Source: an uncultured Bacteroidota bacterium (lineage in GTDB: Bacteria; Bacteroidota; Bacteroidia; AKYH767-A; 2013-40CM-41-45). Taken from it: a stretch of 64,000 nt of DNA. Every line of letters starts with the position of its first letter. Position 1 is the first letter of the stretch. The translations under genes were made by a program, and so were the position numbers. The notes below the pieces were generated by a model. The model searched no databases, was not told where the DNA came from, and saw nothing but the letters and a program-made list of their open reading frames with translations. This document shows positions 39,670 to 50,997 of this stretch, one piece after another. The stretch is taken from positions 28,574-92,573 of the forward strand of contig CALMQM010000103.1 in NCBI GenBank assembly GCA_937871435.1, read 5' to 3'.

Positions 39670-39931
39670 CTACTTACAGGTGAATTTTTCCGGTAAGCAA
39701 AGTACAGAAAAATTGAGGGCATCAAATATCAGAGAGTAATTATTCCTGAGAAGACAAGGAATTAAAGTTGATATGGGAATGCCTGCAATCACTTTCATAA
39801 AGAGCTCTTTCAGTAAATTGGAATATTCCCTGAATTTTATATACAATCCTTATTTTCAATACAATATGCAGTACACCCAGGCGTTATTTTTTGTAAACTT
39901 TGTAGAGTGCTAAACATAAAATCATACAATC

Positions 39932-40369
39932 ATGAATCTGATCCACAAAATTGAAACCTGGGGTGATAACCACCAGGCAAAATGGTTTGCCATTCTCAGA
40001 TTATTCCTCGGACTGATTATTTTTTTCAAAGGCATTGTTTTCATTCAGAATACCGATGCAATAAACGCGATGATTGCCAACAGTGCGGTTTCTTTGTATG
40101 CTGTTTTTCTGGCACACTATGTAGCACTTGCTCATCTGATGGGAGGATTCCTGATTATTATCGGACTGCTGACGAGAGTGGCGGTATTGTTCCAGCTTCC
40201 TATCCTGATCGGTGCAATAATATTTGTGAATGCTCAAAAAGGATTTTTCAGTTTGCATTCAGAGCTGAGTTTATCCGTACTCGTATTGTGCCTGCTGTTG
40301 TTCTTTCTGATTTTTGGATCCGGAAAATATTCAGCGGATGAATTTATGCGCACACATGAACATACGTGA
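39932..40369 (+). CDS. DoxX-family membrane protein
   Basis: 145 aa with 4 transmembrane helices, typical of DoxX. Confidence 0.55.
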   Translation: MNLIHKIETWGDNHQAKWFAILRLFLGLIIFFKGIVFIQNTDAINAMIANSAVSLYAVFLAHYVALAHLMGGFLIIIGLLTRVAVLFQLPILIGAIIFVNAQKGFFSLHSELSLSVLVLCLLLFFLIFGSGKYSADEFMRTHEHT

Positions 40370-40504
40370 GATGATTGGGAGAAGCATTTTATCATGGATA
40401 TTGTCAATACAAGAAACTCCCGACAAATTGATTTGTCGGGAGTTTCTTTTTATTTAAAATGAGTTTCCTTACATCCAAATTCATCAAATACGTATAAAGT
40501 ACAA

Positions 40505-43075
40505 TTAATCTCTACACACCTTCAGCACTCCCAGTGATTCACCTTTCAAGTTAAACACAGACAAAAAATAAATTCCCGGCTGAATATTGGCTGTGTTCAA
40601 CTCTTTTGAATCCTTTTTCCCAACAACAAGGCGGCCGCATACATCTGTAAGTTGAATCAAGCCTATATTCTCCCCTTCAATGTGCAACTGATCTGTGAAT
40701 GGATTTGGGAAAGCTGAAAATAATTTTGTTTGTACAGATTGAATATTGTTCACCAATAAACTCAGCGAGGTATTTTCATAGCAGCCCGGGGAATACATAG
40801 TATATACAGTGATCTCCGCAGTGCCAATCAAATCCCAATGCACTTGCACAGAATCTGTACCCTGCCCGGAAAGAATTTCACCACCAACTATCTCCCAATC
40901 GTATGCCAGTACCCCTGTAGTATCAGTAGAGTAGATATAAGTCGAAAAAATATCCGGAGCTGTCTCACCTTGTATCACGGGAGAATTCGAACCGGGACAA
41001 TTGAATTTGACCAGAAATGCATCACCCATTCCGGCATACGTATTTTGATATCCGTTTTGCGCGATTCCAGCTTGACTCATTGTCCCGCCTGCTAAATAAA
41101 TATTACCTGATGGATCTGTAAAACATGACCAGCCACCATCTCCCAACTCCCCTCCAAAATACGTACTCCAGTTTCTTCTTCCATCCGGACTAAAAGATGC
41201 CAGAAATGCGTCGTGATCAGGCGGACCGGAAAACAAAGTATCCCGCAACCCGTGGTATCCAAATATGGAATCACTGTAGGTATCTCCACATACGATAACA
41301 TTTTGTTCCAAATCCACAGAGCAGGAATAAATCCCATCCCAATCAAACCCTCCATAATAGGTTCCCCACATGCGTTGACACGTAGAATCAAACTTGACTA
41401 AAAAACCATCTCTGTCAACGGAACCCAAGCCATGGAAACTATTCTGAAATCCATTATAAGCGATTTGATCTGTACTAGATGCTACGCCAGCTAAATAGAC
41501 ATTACATGTAGAATCAACAATACATCCAACACTGATATCATAAAAAGTTCCACCATAGTAAGTACTCCATATTCTTGAACCGGCAGAATCAAACTTAACT
41601 AACAATAAATCATGTGAGTTAATAATACTATCCCTGAATCCATGATAGGCAAGACCACTACTTCCTGCGTCCCCTGACAAGTAAACATTATTGTACCTGT
41701 CAGTTGTGATCCCGGAGACACCTTCAGTTTCAGAGCCTCCAAAAAAGGTAGCCCACAATCGACTTCCAGAACTATCAAATTTTACCAGATAAATATCTGT
41801 CCCACCGGAAAGAAATTCCTGAAATGAGTTTGGCGTGGTATACCCATTATTCCATTGAGTATAACTGGTCATGTAAATATTTCCTGATAGATCAGTCTTG
41901 CAAAAAACTGCATACGCCTCAGGTTGCCCATAATATGTTGCCCAAAGTCGCTGCCCGCTGTCGCTAAATTTTACTAATAAATTAACAAAATTGATTACGA
42001 ATATTCCAGGGTCCATTTGAAAGCCATTGTATGCAAGGCTGTCACTGGCTGTTAACATACACAAATAAATGTTTCCGGCCGGATCAGTCGAACCTGAAAT
42101 ACCTTGTTCAGTGGCCCTGCCTCCAAAATACGTTGTCCACAATCTGTTTCCGTTTGCATCAAATTTTGAAACATAAGCATCTTGTCCGCCACCCAAAGAA
42201 TCCTGAAACACCCCTGTTCCAAGTCCAACACTTTCTGTTGTTCCGAACAGAAACACATTACCATGTAAATCGGAATCGGCTTTTCCATATTCCGAGTCGG
42301 TTCCTCCGAAGTAAGTCGACCACACAACTCCGGGATCAATGATGATATCCTTATCATGAGCATACGCCTGCAATTTGAACGACACCACATTTTTCCTGAT
42401 CACAAATGAATTTCCTATTGCCGCTCCATTCTCCTGGTAACTGTAGGGCGCGGATTCTTCCAGTACACCAAGACGGGAATTGATGCGTAGCCGGCCATCC
42501 GGCAAAACCGTCAAACCGGATGAGTTTTTATATACAAATTGTATGTCATCTGGATTTCCTCCCGGATGCACAATGAAATCGTGATTGAATCCTTTTTCAT
42601 TGTAATAAATAACCCAGTCAATATGCGGGTAAACATTTGCGATTATTACTTTCTTAAATGATTTTACACCAAGAACACCATTCGGACATTGAGGTAAATA
42701 ATAATTATTCACTGCCTGTTCCGGCTCTTCCATGAAAATTTGAGGAGAAAGATTGCTATTCAACAGCCTGAATTCAATTTCATCACGTTGAAAAAAAACA
42801 GAACCTTTTTTATCCTTCTCATGTCCGATACCCGGATATACCCCTTTATTTTCTCCAAGTCTGCGTTTAAACTGATAAGTAATTCCATTATTAGTAATGA
42901 ACAAATTGATCCCCTTGGAATTACCGGTAAATAACACATCAGGCAAAGAGCGAAAATTATCATCACATATTTGTCCTTTGTTTTCGGTGAGAAAAAACGA
43001 AGAAGCAAAACCCGGAAAACTGATTGAGTGAACAATAAAAACAGTGAGACAAAATATATACTTTAGAGTTTTCAT
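40505..43075 (-). CDS. SBBP beta-propeller-repeat protein with a T9SS C-terminal sorting domain
   Basis: Signal peptide, then at least six repeats of the type GxRLW(A/T)TY(F/Y)GG, and a Por CTD at the end (PNPFTDQLHIEG...GIYFLSV). 856 aa. Confidence 0.7.
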   Translation of the reverse strand: MKTLKYIFCLTVFIVHSISFPGFASSFFLTENKGQICDDNFRSLPDVLFTGNSKGINLFITNNGITYQFKRRLGENKGVYPGIGHEKDKKGSVFFQRDEIEFRLLNSNLSPQIFMEEPEQAVNNYYLPQCPNGVLGVKSFKKVIIANVYPHIDWVIYYNEKGFNHDFIVHPGGNPDDIQFVYKNSSGLTVLPDGRLRINSRLGVLEESAPYSYQENGAAIGNSFVIRKNVVSFKLQAYAHDKDIIIDPGVVWSTYFGGTDSEYGKADSDLHGNVFLFGTTESVGLGTGVFQDSLGGGQDAYVSKFDANGNRLWTTYFGGRATEQGISGSTDPAGNIYLCMLTASDSLAYNGFQMDPGIFVINFVNLLVKFSDSGQRLWATYYGQPEAYAVFCKTDLSGNIYMTSYTQWNNGYTTPNSFQEFLSGGTDIYLVKFDSSGSRLWATFFGGSETEGVSGITTDRYNNVYLSGDAGSSGLAYHGFRDSIINSHDLLLVKFDSAGSRIWSTYYGGTFYDISVGCIVDSTCNVYLAGVASSTDQIAYNGFQNSFHGLGSVDRDGFLVKFDSTCQRMWGTYYGGFDWDGIYSCSVDLEQNVIVCGDTYSDSIFGYHGLRDTLFSGPPDHDAFLASFSPDGRRNWSTYFGGELGDGGWSCFTDPSGNIYLAGGTMSQAGIAQNGYQNTYAGMGDAFLVKFNCPGSNSPVIQGETAPDIFSTYIYSTDTTGVLAYDWEIVGGEILSGQGTDSVQVHWDLIGTAEITVYTMYSPGCYENTSLSLLVNNIQSVQTKLFSAFPNPFTDQLHIEGENIGLIQLTDVCGRLVVGKKDSKELNTANIQPGIYFLSVFNLKGESLGVLKVCRD

Positions 43076-43308
43076 GCGAAGAATAATAAACTGTATTTAC
43101 ATTTCATCTCAAATATAACAATTTTTTTAGAACTCTAAACCTTATTTTTTTCTTCATAATTCACTGATTTGTTAATACTCAATATTATTTTTCTCCAAAA
43201 AATCTTAGTCAAGAATAAATTGTATATTTTTATATTCAAATTTTATGAATATTTTATTTTAAATTCTTTTTTTATTTTAATTCAAATCATCCACAAAACT
43301 TCAACAAA

Positions 43309-46300
43309 ATGGTTACTTTTCAAAGACACCCCATTCTTTCTCAACTAAATTTCATTGTAGTTGTATTTCTTTTCATGTATAACATTTGCACGGCACAATA
43401 CCAAATTCCAAGCTGTGAAAACACTATGTTGATGGAAAACATGAATTATGATACACTTGTTCATAAACTTGATTCCTTATGGCAGCCTCTTCTGGAGTCA
43501 CCGGATTTTAATGAAGAAGAATATGAAGACAACTACATGGAATATAGCAGGTGGAAACATTTCTGGGAAAATCGTATAGGAGGACTAAACACACAAAACT
43601 CCGGATTTTATAACACCCTTTATTCCAGATTTATTAATACTGGAAATCATAGAACAAGTAACTGCAATAGCGGTCAATTGAATTCAAATTGGAAATCTTT
43701 AGGTCCGGGTGAGTATCCTGAGCAAAAATTAGGTTTTGTTCAAAGTATTGCAATGCATCCTACAAATTCACAAATACTTTATGCTGGTTCTGAAAATGGT
43801 GGCTTATTTAAAAGTGTGAACGGAGGACAAACATGGGAAAATAAAACGAATGGATTAGAAGTTCCTGGATTAGGAATAATGGATATTCAAATAGATCCAA
43901 ATAATTCCAATAATATGGTCGCAAGTACTGGCGGCAAACATGCGTATAGCGTAGGGATAATCCACAGTACAGATGGAGGATCTAGCTGGGACATTTCCAA
44001 TTTTAATCTTCAATCCTCTGTCCAACAAACTCAATTCCGACAAGTACGATACGACCCAGCAATACCCAATACAATATGGGCAATTGAAAATAAGGGTAAA
44101 TTGTATAAGTCTGCAGATGGCGGACAGAGTTTTTCGGAACTTTCTTCTCCACAATATGGCCCACAAGTTCCAATAAATCCATATTGGGCAAAGAGATTTC
44201 TTGGCGATATTGAAATTATTCCAACAAATACAAACCACTCAAAAGTAATAGTAGTTTCTGCCAATGATGATAATGCCGGAAATCAAGGTGGATTTATTCA
44301 AATGACATTGGACGAGGGTGCCACTCCCTGGACTTATATAACTCCTGAACCTTATATAGAAAGAATTAATCTGGATTTTGCTAAGGTTTCAGGAAATGCC
44401 CCAGATAATTTCAAAGCATTGTACGTAGTGAACAGACCTACGATAAAAATTACTGAAATAGCTCATGATCTTGACAATGCAACTTCATTGCCTAGTTATA
44501 TAGACAGAACTGGCCAATATGACTATGTGGAGTTAACAAATTTCAAACCATTAAACGACCTAACGAATTTAAAAAATTACATTCTACAACGAATACTTCC
44601 AAACAACTCAGGTTCGCCCATAATTGAAGAATATAAATTTGCTGATGTTGATGTCTATTTTAATGGCGGAGATGTTGCTGTTATTTGTCTTCAATCTGTA
44701 AATACATCATCAAGCCAACCTTTATTTTTTTCAACACAAATTTCTGCCAGTCAAATACCTTTCAGTAACTTGAGTAACAGTGACAAGGCATTGTATCTTT
44801 TATTCGATAATTCTACTGGCAGATTGATTGACCTGGTATCTGTTGCAGGATTTGATCTAAACGATTTGCAAAATCTGCCGGTTAAAAATTCAATCAATCA
44901 GAGTTGTCTGAATTACCCATCTTGGGATTTTCCGAATAGTCTCTATTTTTCCAGTAGTTCAGAATCTTTGCAGTTAGTTGATAACGATAACAACTCATCA
45001 ACGCATTGGTCAAATTCAACTCCTATCAGTATAGCCACCTTGAACAATTCAATTAACCCACCTTTTGAAATTATTTACCCAATCAGACATGTGCTTGCTC
45101 AGTATGACATCATCAATGGCATTTGGACAAACCTCCAAACCAATAATTATCCAAGTAATTCTGGTGCAGAAGGTACTTCGCATTTTAAATGGAGAATATC
45201 TAAAAACTCATTGGAATATAAGCAATGTGATCTAGATGCCACTTTGATGGCAGTGGGCGGAACAAGAGGGCAATATTCAAATGATAATGGTAGTACTCTC
45301 TTTGAAAGTGGCTACAACACTTCTGAGAGACATGCAGATATACGAGACATTGAACAAATTCCAAATTCCACAGGTTGGTTGATTGCCACCGACGGTGGAG
45401 TAACCAAAGTCAACTACTCAGGTGGATCTTTCACTGAAACAAATTTGAATGGCAAAGGATTGGCACTCTCAGATTTACTCGGAATTGACAGTCCACCTAC
45501 AGAGCCGGATAAATTTATGTTCGGAGCATTTCACAATGGGTCTTGGATATATGACAATGGATCCTGGTATAATTCTATTTGCGGAGATGGATTAGAATAT
45601 AAATATGGGAAAAACATATCTGGACTCCATACAACATATCCTGAGTTATGGCTTGGCCAATGTAATGCGAGACTGCCTTATACGGACAATACTTTCTCCG
45701 CAATGAATATGCCCTATCCAAATAATGCAGATATTAGAGACGATAATCAAGTGCGGATAAAGTTCATACACAATATTAACGGAAATGATATTCCCTACTT
45801 AGCTTGTAAGGTTTTATTTAAAAATCCTGTCATTGATAACGCCAACACTATTGATATATTAAATGACAACATACCTTTTTCAGACCCAAATATTCATTTT
45901 GATAAACTAGGCTTAATCACAGCATTTGATGTAACGGCAGGTAATAACGATACAATTATTTTTGCATATGGTGGAACTACATCGCAACTTCAATATAAAA
46001 TATGGATTAGTTATGACAATGCAGCGAATTGGAATGACATAACTTCAAATTTTCCAGTTTATACCAATCCTCCTTCAGTTTTCAATGACCGGAGTGTTTC
46101 GGATATAGTGATTTCCCCGAATGACCCTAATAAAATTTGGGTATCATTTAGTGGTTTCAATAAAGATGAAAAAAAGATTTTTTATAGTAGCGACGCTGGA
46201 CTTACCTTCAACGATATCTCTGGTCAGAATCTGCCTGAAAGTCCAATCAATTGTCTCGAATATCAGGAAGATTCAAATGATGGAATTTATGCTGGCACAG

Positions 46301-49110
46301 ATGAAGGTGTCTACTACATCGATAACACCCTTACAGACTGGGTCTGTTTCAACAACGGAATGCCCTGCAATATGGTAACAGATCTCGATATTAATTCATG
46401 TGGAGGAATTCTCAGAGCAGCAACTTATGGATCAGGAATATGGGAAAGCCCAATGGTACCTAATCTTGCCAGGGAAATTACCCAAACTGAGATTTGGGAC
46501 ACTGATAAAATTATTGAGCACAATGTAATCGTCAAACAAGGCGGACATTTGATAATTAAAAATCATGCGGATATAGCTTTCGGAGGAGGTGTATCAATAA
46601 CGGTTGAACAAAACGGCTCTTTGGCTATTTCAGATGGTGCAATATTACATTCAGAATGTAATTATATGTGGAGTGGAATTGTATCCAGAAGCTTCAGCGA
46701 AGTTGACGTTAAGAATTCAATCATTAGGGATGCCAATCATGCAATTGAATTATCCAACTCAAGCTATGCATATATTAAGAACACAAACTTTGAAAATAAT
46801 ACAGTTAGTATTTATGGAAATGATAATCCAGGTTCGGTAGCTATTGGTTACATTTTAGGAAATACTTTTACTTGTACTTCTAATCTGAAAAAAAATATCA
46901 TCGATCCATCCGGATTAAACCTTACTCATCCATCTGCAGGAATTGAATTAAATGGGCTCCAAATTCCATTTGATCCCTATGGAGCACCATGTGTTTTTTC
47001 AAACCTGAATAATGGGATAGTACTTTCAGAAACTGATATGCAGATAGTGAGCTGTAGCTTTGATCAAATAAAGGACTATGAAATAACATCCCATTCTCTA
47101 AATGGTTATGCAATTCAAGCAAATGGCTCAGGGGGAGGTTATAAATTATCTGTTTCTGGTGGAGTACAGCCTGTTTCAATTGATCACTCGGACAATGGAA
47201 TTCGCACAAACCATATGGGTGTAGAAATAGAATCCATTTCTATAGACAACACAGATTTCGGTATTTGGGTTCAGGGAAATGAATATGGCCTTTCCTCATT
47301 GATTGCTCATTCCAATCTGAATTGTAATATCCATGGAATTGAACTGTGGATGAATATCGGTTCTACCAGCCAGAAAATTATAGGAAATATTATCAATGTT
47401 GGAAGTCCTGGATTCAACCCTTCCGGGAATGCTATTCGAATTGACGATTCAAATATTATTAATAGTGGAATATTCGTAAATGGAAATATCATTGAAGCCA
47501 ATAATTGCAAGGGCGGTATAACATTAATAAATGCAAGCAAAGCAAAAGTGTTGGAGAATAATGTTACACTTCATGATGCCATTAACAATTATTACGGCAT
47601 AAGTCTATATAATAATGAATCCAGTATTGTCGAATGCAATACAGTGGTAGGTTCATCAAGCAATTCAGCGTCAAAGCAAAGAGGCTATATTTTTAATAAA
47701 AGCCCCAATTCCCTGGTTTCTTGTAACATCGAAAGTAACACTCATTTTGGATTTGAATTTGATGATATATGCGACAATTCTATTTTCCAGGAAAATATCA
47801 TGAGCACCAATTGGTGTGGTTTATATTTAAATTCAAACGCTGTCATTGGAGTGCAACTCAGTATGGGAAATTTATGGGACTGCGCTTTACCATTTGGAAG
47901 TGGGTTTGAAGCGATAAATCAGGATTTGCCAAATTTAAATTCTTCAGAAATTTATGTTAATCAGGTGATGGACTGTTCAAACAGTTCAACAAATTTTGCA
48001 TTGTCACCTTCAAATGTTCAGCCTAGTTTTAACTGGTTCTCCAATTCCACCAATCCACCTGCCAATGAATGTGCATTAGGAATTGTTTGTGCCACTCAAG
48101 ATCATCCTCCTGGTGAAGGTACCAGTGATTTTGACGAAGCAGTTGCACAAAATCTTGTATCCTTTTTTGACTACAATGACGAAACAAAGACAGCCGCAAG
48201 ACTATTGTTGTACAGTAAACTCGACAACAACACAGATCTTCTTTCCTCTACGATCTACCATCAATTCTATAATACTTTTTCTAATTCATCAGTTGCTTCA
48301 GTAAAAATAGTCCACGATAAGATGATTGACTCATACAAAGCAGATTCACTTTCATTGGTGGAATTAGGTACATATGACAGTTTAAATTCGGCTTATACAA
48401 ATATCATTGACTCTTTAAATTACCTCATTGTTAGTGACACTTCGGGTACTCAAACTCAATTTTTAAATAATCAGCTTTCTTATTTTCTTGACTTAAAAAC
48501 TGTATTGAAGAATGAAGGTCACATACTCTTTTCAAGTCTTGATTCAATATCAAAAATTCACTTGATAGATGCATTGAGTATTAACTCAAGCATATCTTCT
48601 GGTGACTTGATCATTAATAATTTAAAAAATATTAATGACATCATTGATAATTTTAGATTAAGATCTGATCAAACATTTACAGAGTCTGAAAAGATCATTA
48701 TTGATGAAATTGCCTCCTTGTGTCCATTCGAAGGCGGAGAGGCTGTTTACAAAGCCCGATCTCTTCAGTTTTACATTGATCCTTCCATATCATACGACGA
48801 TATCCAATTATGCCAACAATATGGCTATTTAAGAAAAATCAAACCAGAGGAAGAAGCAGCATTCAAAACGATTTTATCTCCAAACCCATCTGATGGAGAA
48901 GTTACTTTTTATCTTGATCCGGACATTGATTTGAAATACACCATTTACATATATGATTCAAGTTCCCGATTAATTTTTACCTCTCCTGAAAATATCCAAG
49001 GATCGGTATCAACCATTTCAAGCAGTAATTTGGAGGATGGAATTTATATGTATAAAATAAATTTCTCCAATCAAAAATCCTTGCAGGGTAAATTTATTAT
49101 CATGCATTGA
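43309..49110 (+). CDS. giant (1933-aa) multidomain T9SS cargo protein: BNR/Asp-box beta-propeller, lamin-tail domain, parallel beta-helix repeats and a Por CTD
   Basis: Asp-box motifs (SVNGGQTWENK, STDGGSSWD, SADGGQSF, SSDAGLTF), an LTD-like YDYVELTNF at about 44520, many N/G/S-rich beta-helix repeats, and the C-terminus LSPNPSDGEVTFYLD...GIYMYKINF. Confidence 0.7.
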   Translation: MVTFQRHPILSQLNFIVVVFLFMYNICTAQYQIPSCENTMLMENMNYDTLVHKLDSLWQPLLESPDFNEEEYEDNYMEYSRWKHFWENRIGGLNTQNSGFYNTLYSRFINTGNHRTSNCNSGQLNSNWKSLGPGEYPEQKLGFVQSIAMHPTNSQILYAGSENGGLFKSVNGGQTWENKTNGLEVPGLGIMDIQIDPNNSNNMVASTGGKHAYSVGIIHSTDGGSSWDISNFNLQSSVQQTQFRQVRYDPAIPNTIWAIENKGKLYKSADGGQSFSELSSPQYGPQVPINPYWAKRFLGDIEIIPTNTNHSKVIVVSANDDNAGNQGGFIQMTLDEGATPWTYITPEPYIERINLDFAKVSGNAPDNFKALYVVNRPTIKITEIAHDLDNATSLPSYIDRTGQYDYVELTNFKPLNDLTNLKNYILQRILPNNSGSPIIEEYKFADVDVYFNGGDVAVICLQSVNTSSSQPLFFSTQISASQIPFSNLSNSDKALYLLFDNSTGRLIDLVSVAGFDLNDLQNLPVKNSINQSCLNYPSWDFPNSLYFSSSSESLQLVDNDNNSSTHWSNSTPISIATLNNSINPPFEIIYPIRHVLAQYDIINGIWTNLQTNNYPSNSGAEGTSHFKWRISKNSLEYKQCDLDATLMAVGGTRGQYSNDNGSTLFESGYNTSERHADIRDIEQIPNSTGWLIATDGGVTKVNYSGGSFTETNLNGKGLALSDLLGIDSPPTEPDKFMFGAFHNGSWIYDNGSWYNSICGDGLEYKYGKNISGLHTTYPELWLGQCNARLPYTDNTFSAMNMPYPNNADIRDDNQVRIKFIHNINGNDIPYLACKVLFKNPVIDNANTIDILNDNIPFSDPNIHFDKLGLITAFDVTAGNNDTIIFAYGGTTSQLQYKIWISYDNAANWNDITSNFPVYTNPPSVFNDRSVSDIVISPNDPNKIWVSFSGFNKDEKKIFYSSDAGLTFNDISGQNLPESPINCLEYQEDSNDGIYAGTDEGVYYIDNTLTDWVCFNNGMPCNMVTDLDINSCGGILRAATYGSGIWESPMVPNLAREITQTEIWDTDKIIEHNVIVKQGGHLIIKNHADIAFGGGVSITVEQNGSLAISDGAILHSECNYMWSGIVSRSFSEVDVKNSIIRDANHAIELSNSSYAYIKNTNFENNTVSIYGNDNPGSVAIGYILGNTFTCTSNLKKNIIDPSGLNLTHPSAGIELNGLQIPFDPYGAPCVFSNLNNGIVLSETDMQIVSCSFDQIKDYEITSHSLNGYAIQANGSGGGYKLSVSGGVQPVSIDHSDNGIRTNHMGVEIESISIDNTDFGIWVQGNEYGLSSLIAHSNLNCNIHGIELWMNIGSTSQKIIGNIINVGSPGFNPSGNAIRIDDSNIINSGIFVNGNIIEANNCKGGITLINASKAKVLENNVTLHDAINNYYGISLYNNESSIVECNTVVGSSSNSASKQRGYIFNKSPNSLVSCNIESNTHFGFEFDDICDNSIFQENIMSTNWCGLYLNSNAVIGVQLSMGNLWDCALPFGSGFEAINQDLPNLNSSEIYVNQVMDCSNSSTNFALSPSNVQPSFNWFSNSTNPPANECALGIVCATQDHPPGEGTSDFDEAVAQNLVSFFDYNDETKTAARLLLYSKLDNNTDLLSSTIYHQFYNTFSNSSVASVKIVHDKMIDSYKADSLSLVELGTYDSLNSAYTNIIDSLNYLIVSDTSGTQTQFLNNQLSYFLDLKTVLKNEGHILFSSLDSISKIHLIDALSINSSISSGDLIINNLKNINDIIDNFRLRSDQTFTESEKIIIDEIASLCPFEGGEAVYKARSLQFYIDPSISYDDIQLCQQYGYLRKIKPEEEAAFKTILSPNPSDGEVTFYLDPDIDLKYTIYIYDSSSRLIFTSPENIQGSVSTISSSNLEDGIYMYKINFSNQKSLQGKFIIMH

Positions 49111-49119
49111 ATAAATTCC

Positions 49120-50622
49120 ATGATGGCCAGACTAAACATATCTATATTACAACTTTTAATTCCATTCACACTGGTATTTGGCCAAGGAGAAGCAAATAAA
49201 TGGCTTGCAGGATACCACGTACCAGCAGGGCCCCAACCGCCGTGGGGAGTTAGTATGATAGATTTTAATCCTGGATTTCCTGACACTTCTATCACCACTA
49301 TACCTATGAGTTTCCGTTTCACATGTGCCATTGCAAATGACAGTGCTGGAAACTTACTATTTTATACCAATGGTGTCTACATTGCAGATGCGAGCCACGA
49401 TACCATGCTTAATGGATCAGGTATTAATCCAGGTCCATATGTGAATACATTTCGAGATGCTGGTTTAAGAATTCCTCAAGGTGATATCATCATCAGAGAT
49501 CCTGGAAATTTAAACGAGTATTACCTTTTTCATGAAACAGCAACTTATGATTCCAACATAGGATCACAAGTTGAAGAATTGTACTATTCGAAAATTGATA
49601 TGAGTCTAAATGGTGGTTTAGGAGCTGTTACTTCTAAAAACAATGTCTTACTTCATGATACCCTTCTGAATGGTGCAATTACCGCCGTCAGACATGCAAA
49701 CGGGAGAGACTGGTGGCTTCAATTCCATAGATGGAATTCGTCTACCTTTGTAAGGTATTTAATTACATCCGGAGGAATTCAAGGGCCTTTTTATCAGACC
49801 ATCGGTAGTCATTCTCAATATGGATCTACCGGAGGTGCAATTTTTTCACCAGATGGTTCAAAATTCGTACATAGCAATATAGAAATGGAAGTTGATTTGT
49901 TTGACTTTGACAGGTGTACCGGCGAACTTTCCAACCTGGTGCATTTTCATGCTCCGCAACCTACCTATGCAATCCATGCGGAATTCTCCCCAAACAATCG
50001 TTTCTTATATGTCAATACGGATAGCACAATTTATCAGTATGACTTGCACGCAAACAATATTTTTCTCTCTCGTCTTACAGTTGCCGAATTCGATACTTTT
50101 GCAGACCCGGGACCACCATTTTGGTGCTTTTTCGATATTCCAAAACTCGGTCCGGATAATAAAATTTATTACGCACCGGGAAATACCTGTGCCTCATTTC
50201 ACGTAATCAACGATCCTGACAGCCTGGGAAGGGCATGTAATGTTACTCTTCATTCTCTTGCATTACCCAGTTATTGTGCCTGGACAATTCCGAATTTTTA
50301 TAATTTTTGGTTAGGCAAAATTCCGGGTAGTGATTGTGATAGTTTAATAGACAATCTACTCGATTTACCTGTAGAAAATTTTAGTTTCAAAATTTTTCCA
50401 AATCCTTCTGATGGAATTGTAGATTTTGAGTTTCATTCACATTTAGAACAAAATTTCACCTTAAACATTTTCAATTCGGAAGGTAAAAACTTCTTTCAAC
50501 AGATTATTCAAAAGAATGAATCTACCTATCGAATGCCGGCGAATGTTTTAAAACCCGGGTTTTACATCGCTGAACTAAGATCAAACCGAAGTGCATACCG
50601 ACAGAAACTTATTGTAGAGTAA
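49120..50622 (+). CDS. T9SS C-terminal-domain cargo protein (beta-propeller-like), probably co-transcribed with the giant gene
   Basis: The start lies 9 nt after the upstream stop. Signal peptide, then a CTD (FKIFPNPSDGIVDFEF...GFYIAELRS). Confidence 0.6.
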   Translation: MMARLNISILQLLIPFTLVFGQGEANKWLAGYHVPAGPQPPWGVSMIDFNPGFPDTSITTIPMSFRFTCAIANDSAGNLLFYTNGVYIADASHDTMLNGSGINPGPYVNTFRDAGLRIPQGDIIIRDPGNLNEYYLFHETATYDSNIGSQVEELYYSKIDMSLNGGLGAVTSKNNVLLHDTLLNGAITAVRHANGRDWWLQFHRWNSSTFVRYLITSGGIQGPFYQTIGSHSQYGSTGGAIFSPDGSKFVHSNIEMEVDLFDFDRCTGELSNLVHFHAPQPTYAIHAEFSPNNRFLYVNTDSTIYQYDLHANNIFLSRLTVAEFDTFADPGPPFWCFFDIPKLGPDNKIYYAPGNTCASFHVINDPDSLGRACNVTLHSLALPSYCAWTIPNFYNFWLGKIPGSDCDSLIDNLLDLPVENFSFKIFPNPSDGIVDFEFHSHLEQNFTLNIFNSEGKNFFQQIIQKNESTYRMPANVLKPGFYIAELRSNRSAYRQKLIVE

Positions 50623-50632
50623 TTTTTAACCA

Positions 50633-50660
50633 CAAAAAAAAGGGAACCATTCAGGTTCCC
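50633..50660 (-). terminator. rho-independent terminator of the cold-shock gene
   Basis: On the minus strand, the hairpin GGGAACC-tgaat-GGTTCCC is followed by T8. Confidence 0.7.
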
Positions 50661-50682
50661 TTGGTAGTCGGCAGATATTTTT

Positions 50683-50877
50683 TTACTGGATCTTTCTCAC
50701 ATTTACAGCATTCTGGCCTTTTTTGCCATCAATAACTTCAAATTCTACGGCATCATTCTCCCGTATTTTGTCGACAAGGCCGCTGTGGTGAACGAACACT
50801 TCTGCTGCGTTGTCATCTGCTACTATGAATCCGTATCCTTTGGACTCATTAAAGAATTTTACTTTACCAGTTTTCAT
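50683..50877 (-). CDS. cold-shock protein (CspA family)
   Basis: 64 aa containing MKTGKVKFFNESKGYGFI and the RNP motifs. Confidence 0.9.
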   Translation of the reverse strand: MKTGKVKFFNESKGYGFIVADDNAAEVFVHHSGLVDKIRENDAVEFEVIDGKKGQNAVNVRKIQ

Positions 50878-50967
50878 TGGGTAATGGTTTTCATCACAAG
50901 GGTCAGCTGCAACCCGCGGACAACTGCCGTTGCGAGTAATTAATTGTCAAATGCGGGTTTAGAATTT

Positions 50968-50997
50968 CAAAGGTAGCAATCTATTCCAAACACGCAA
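50968..50997 (-). promoter_or_regulatory. putative csp promoter (TTG-N19-TACCTTTG) giving a 5' UTR of about 90 nt
   Basis: The reverse complement of 50968-50975 is TACCTTTG. A long leader is typical of cold-shock genes. Confidence 0.35.
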
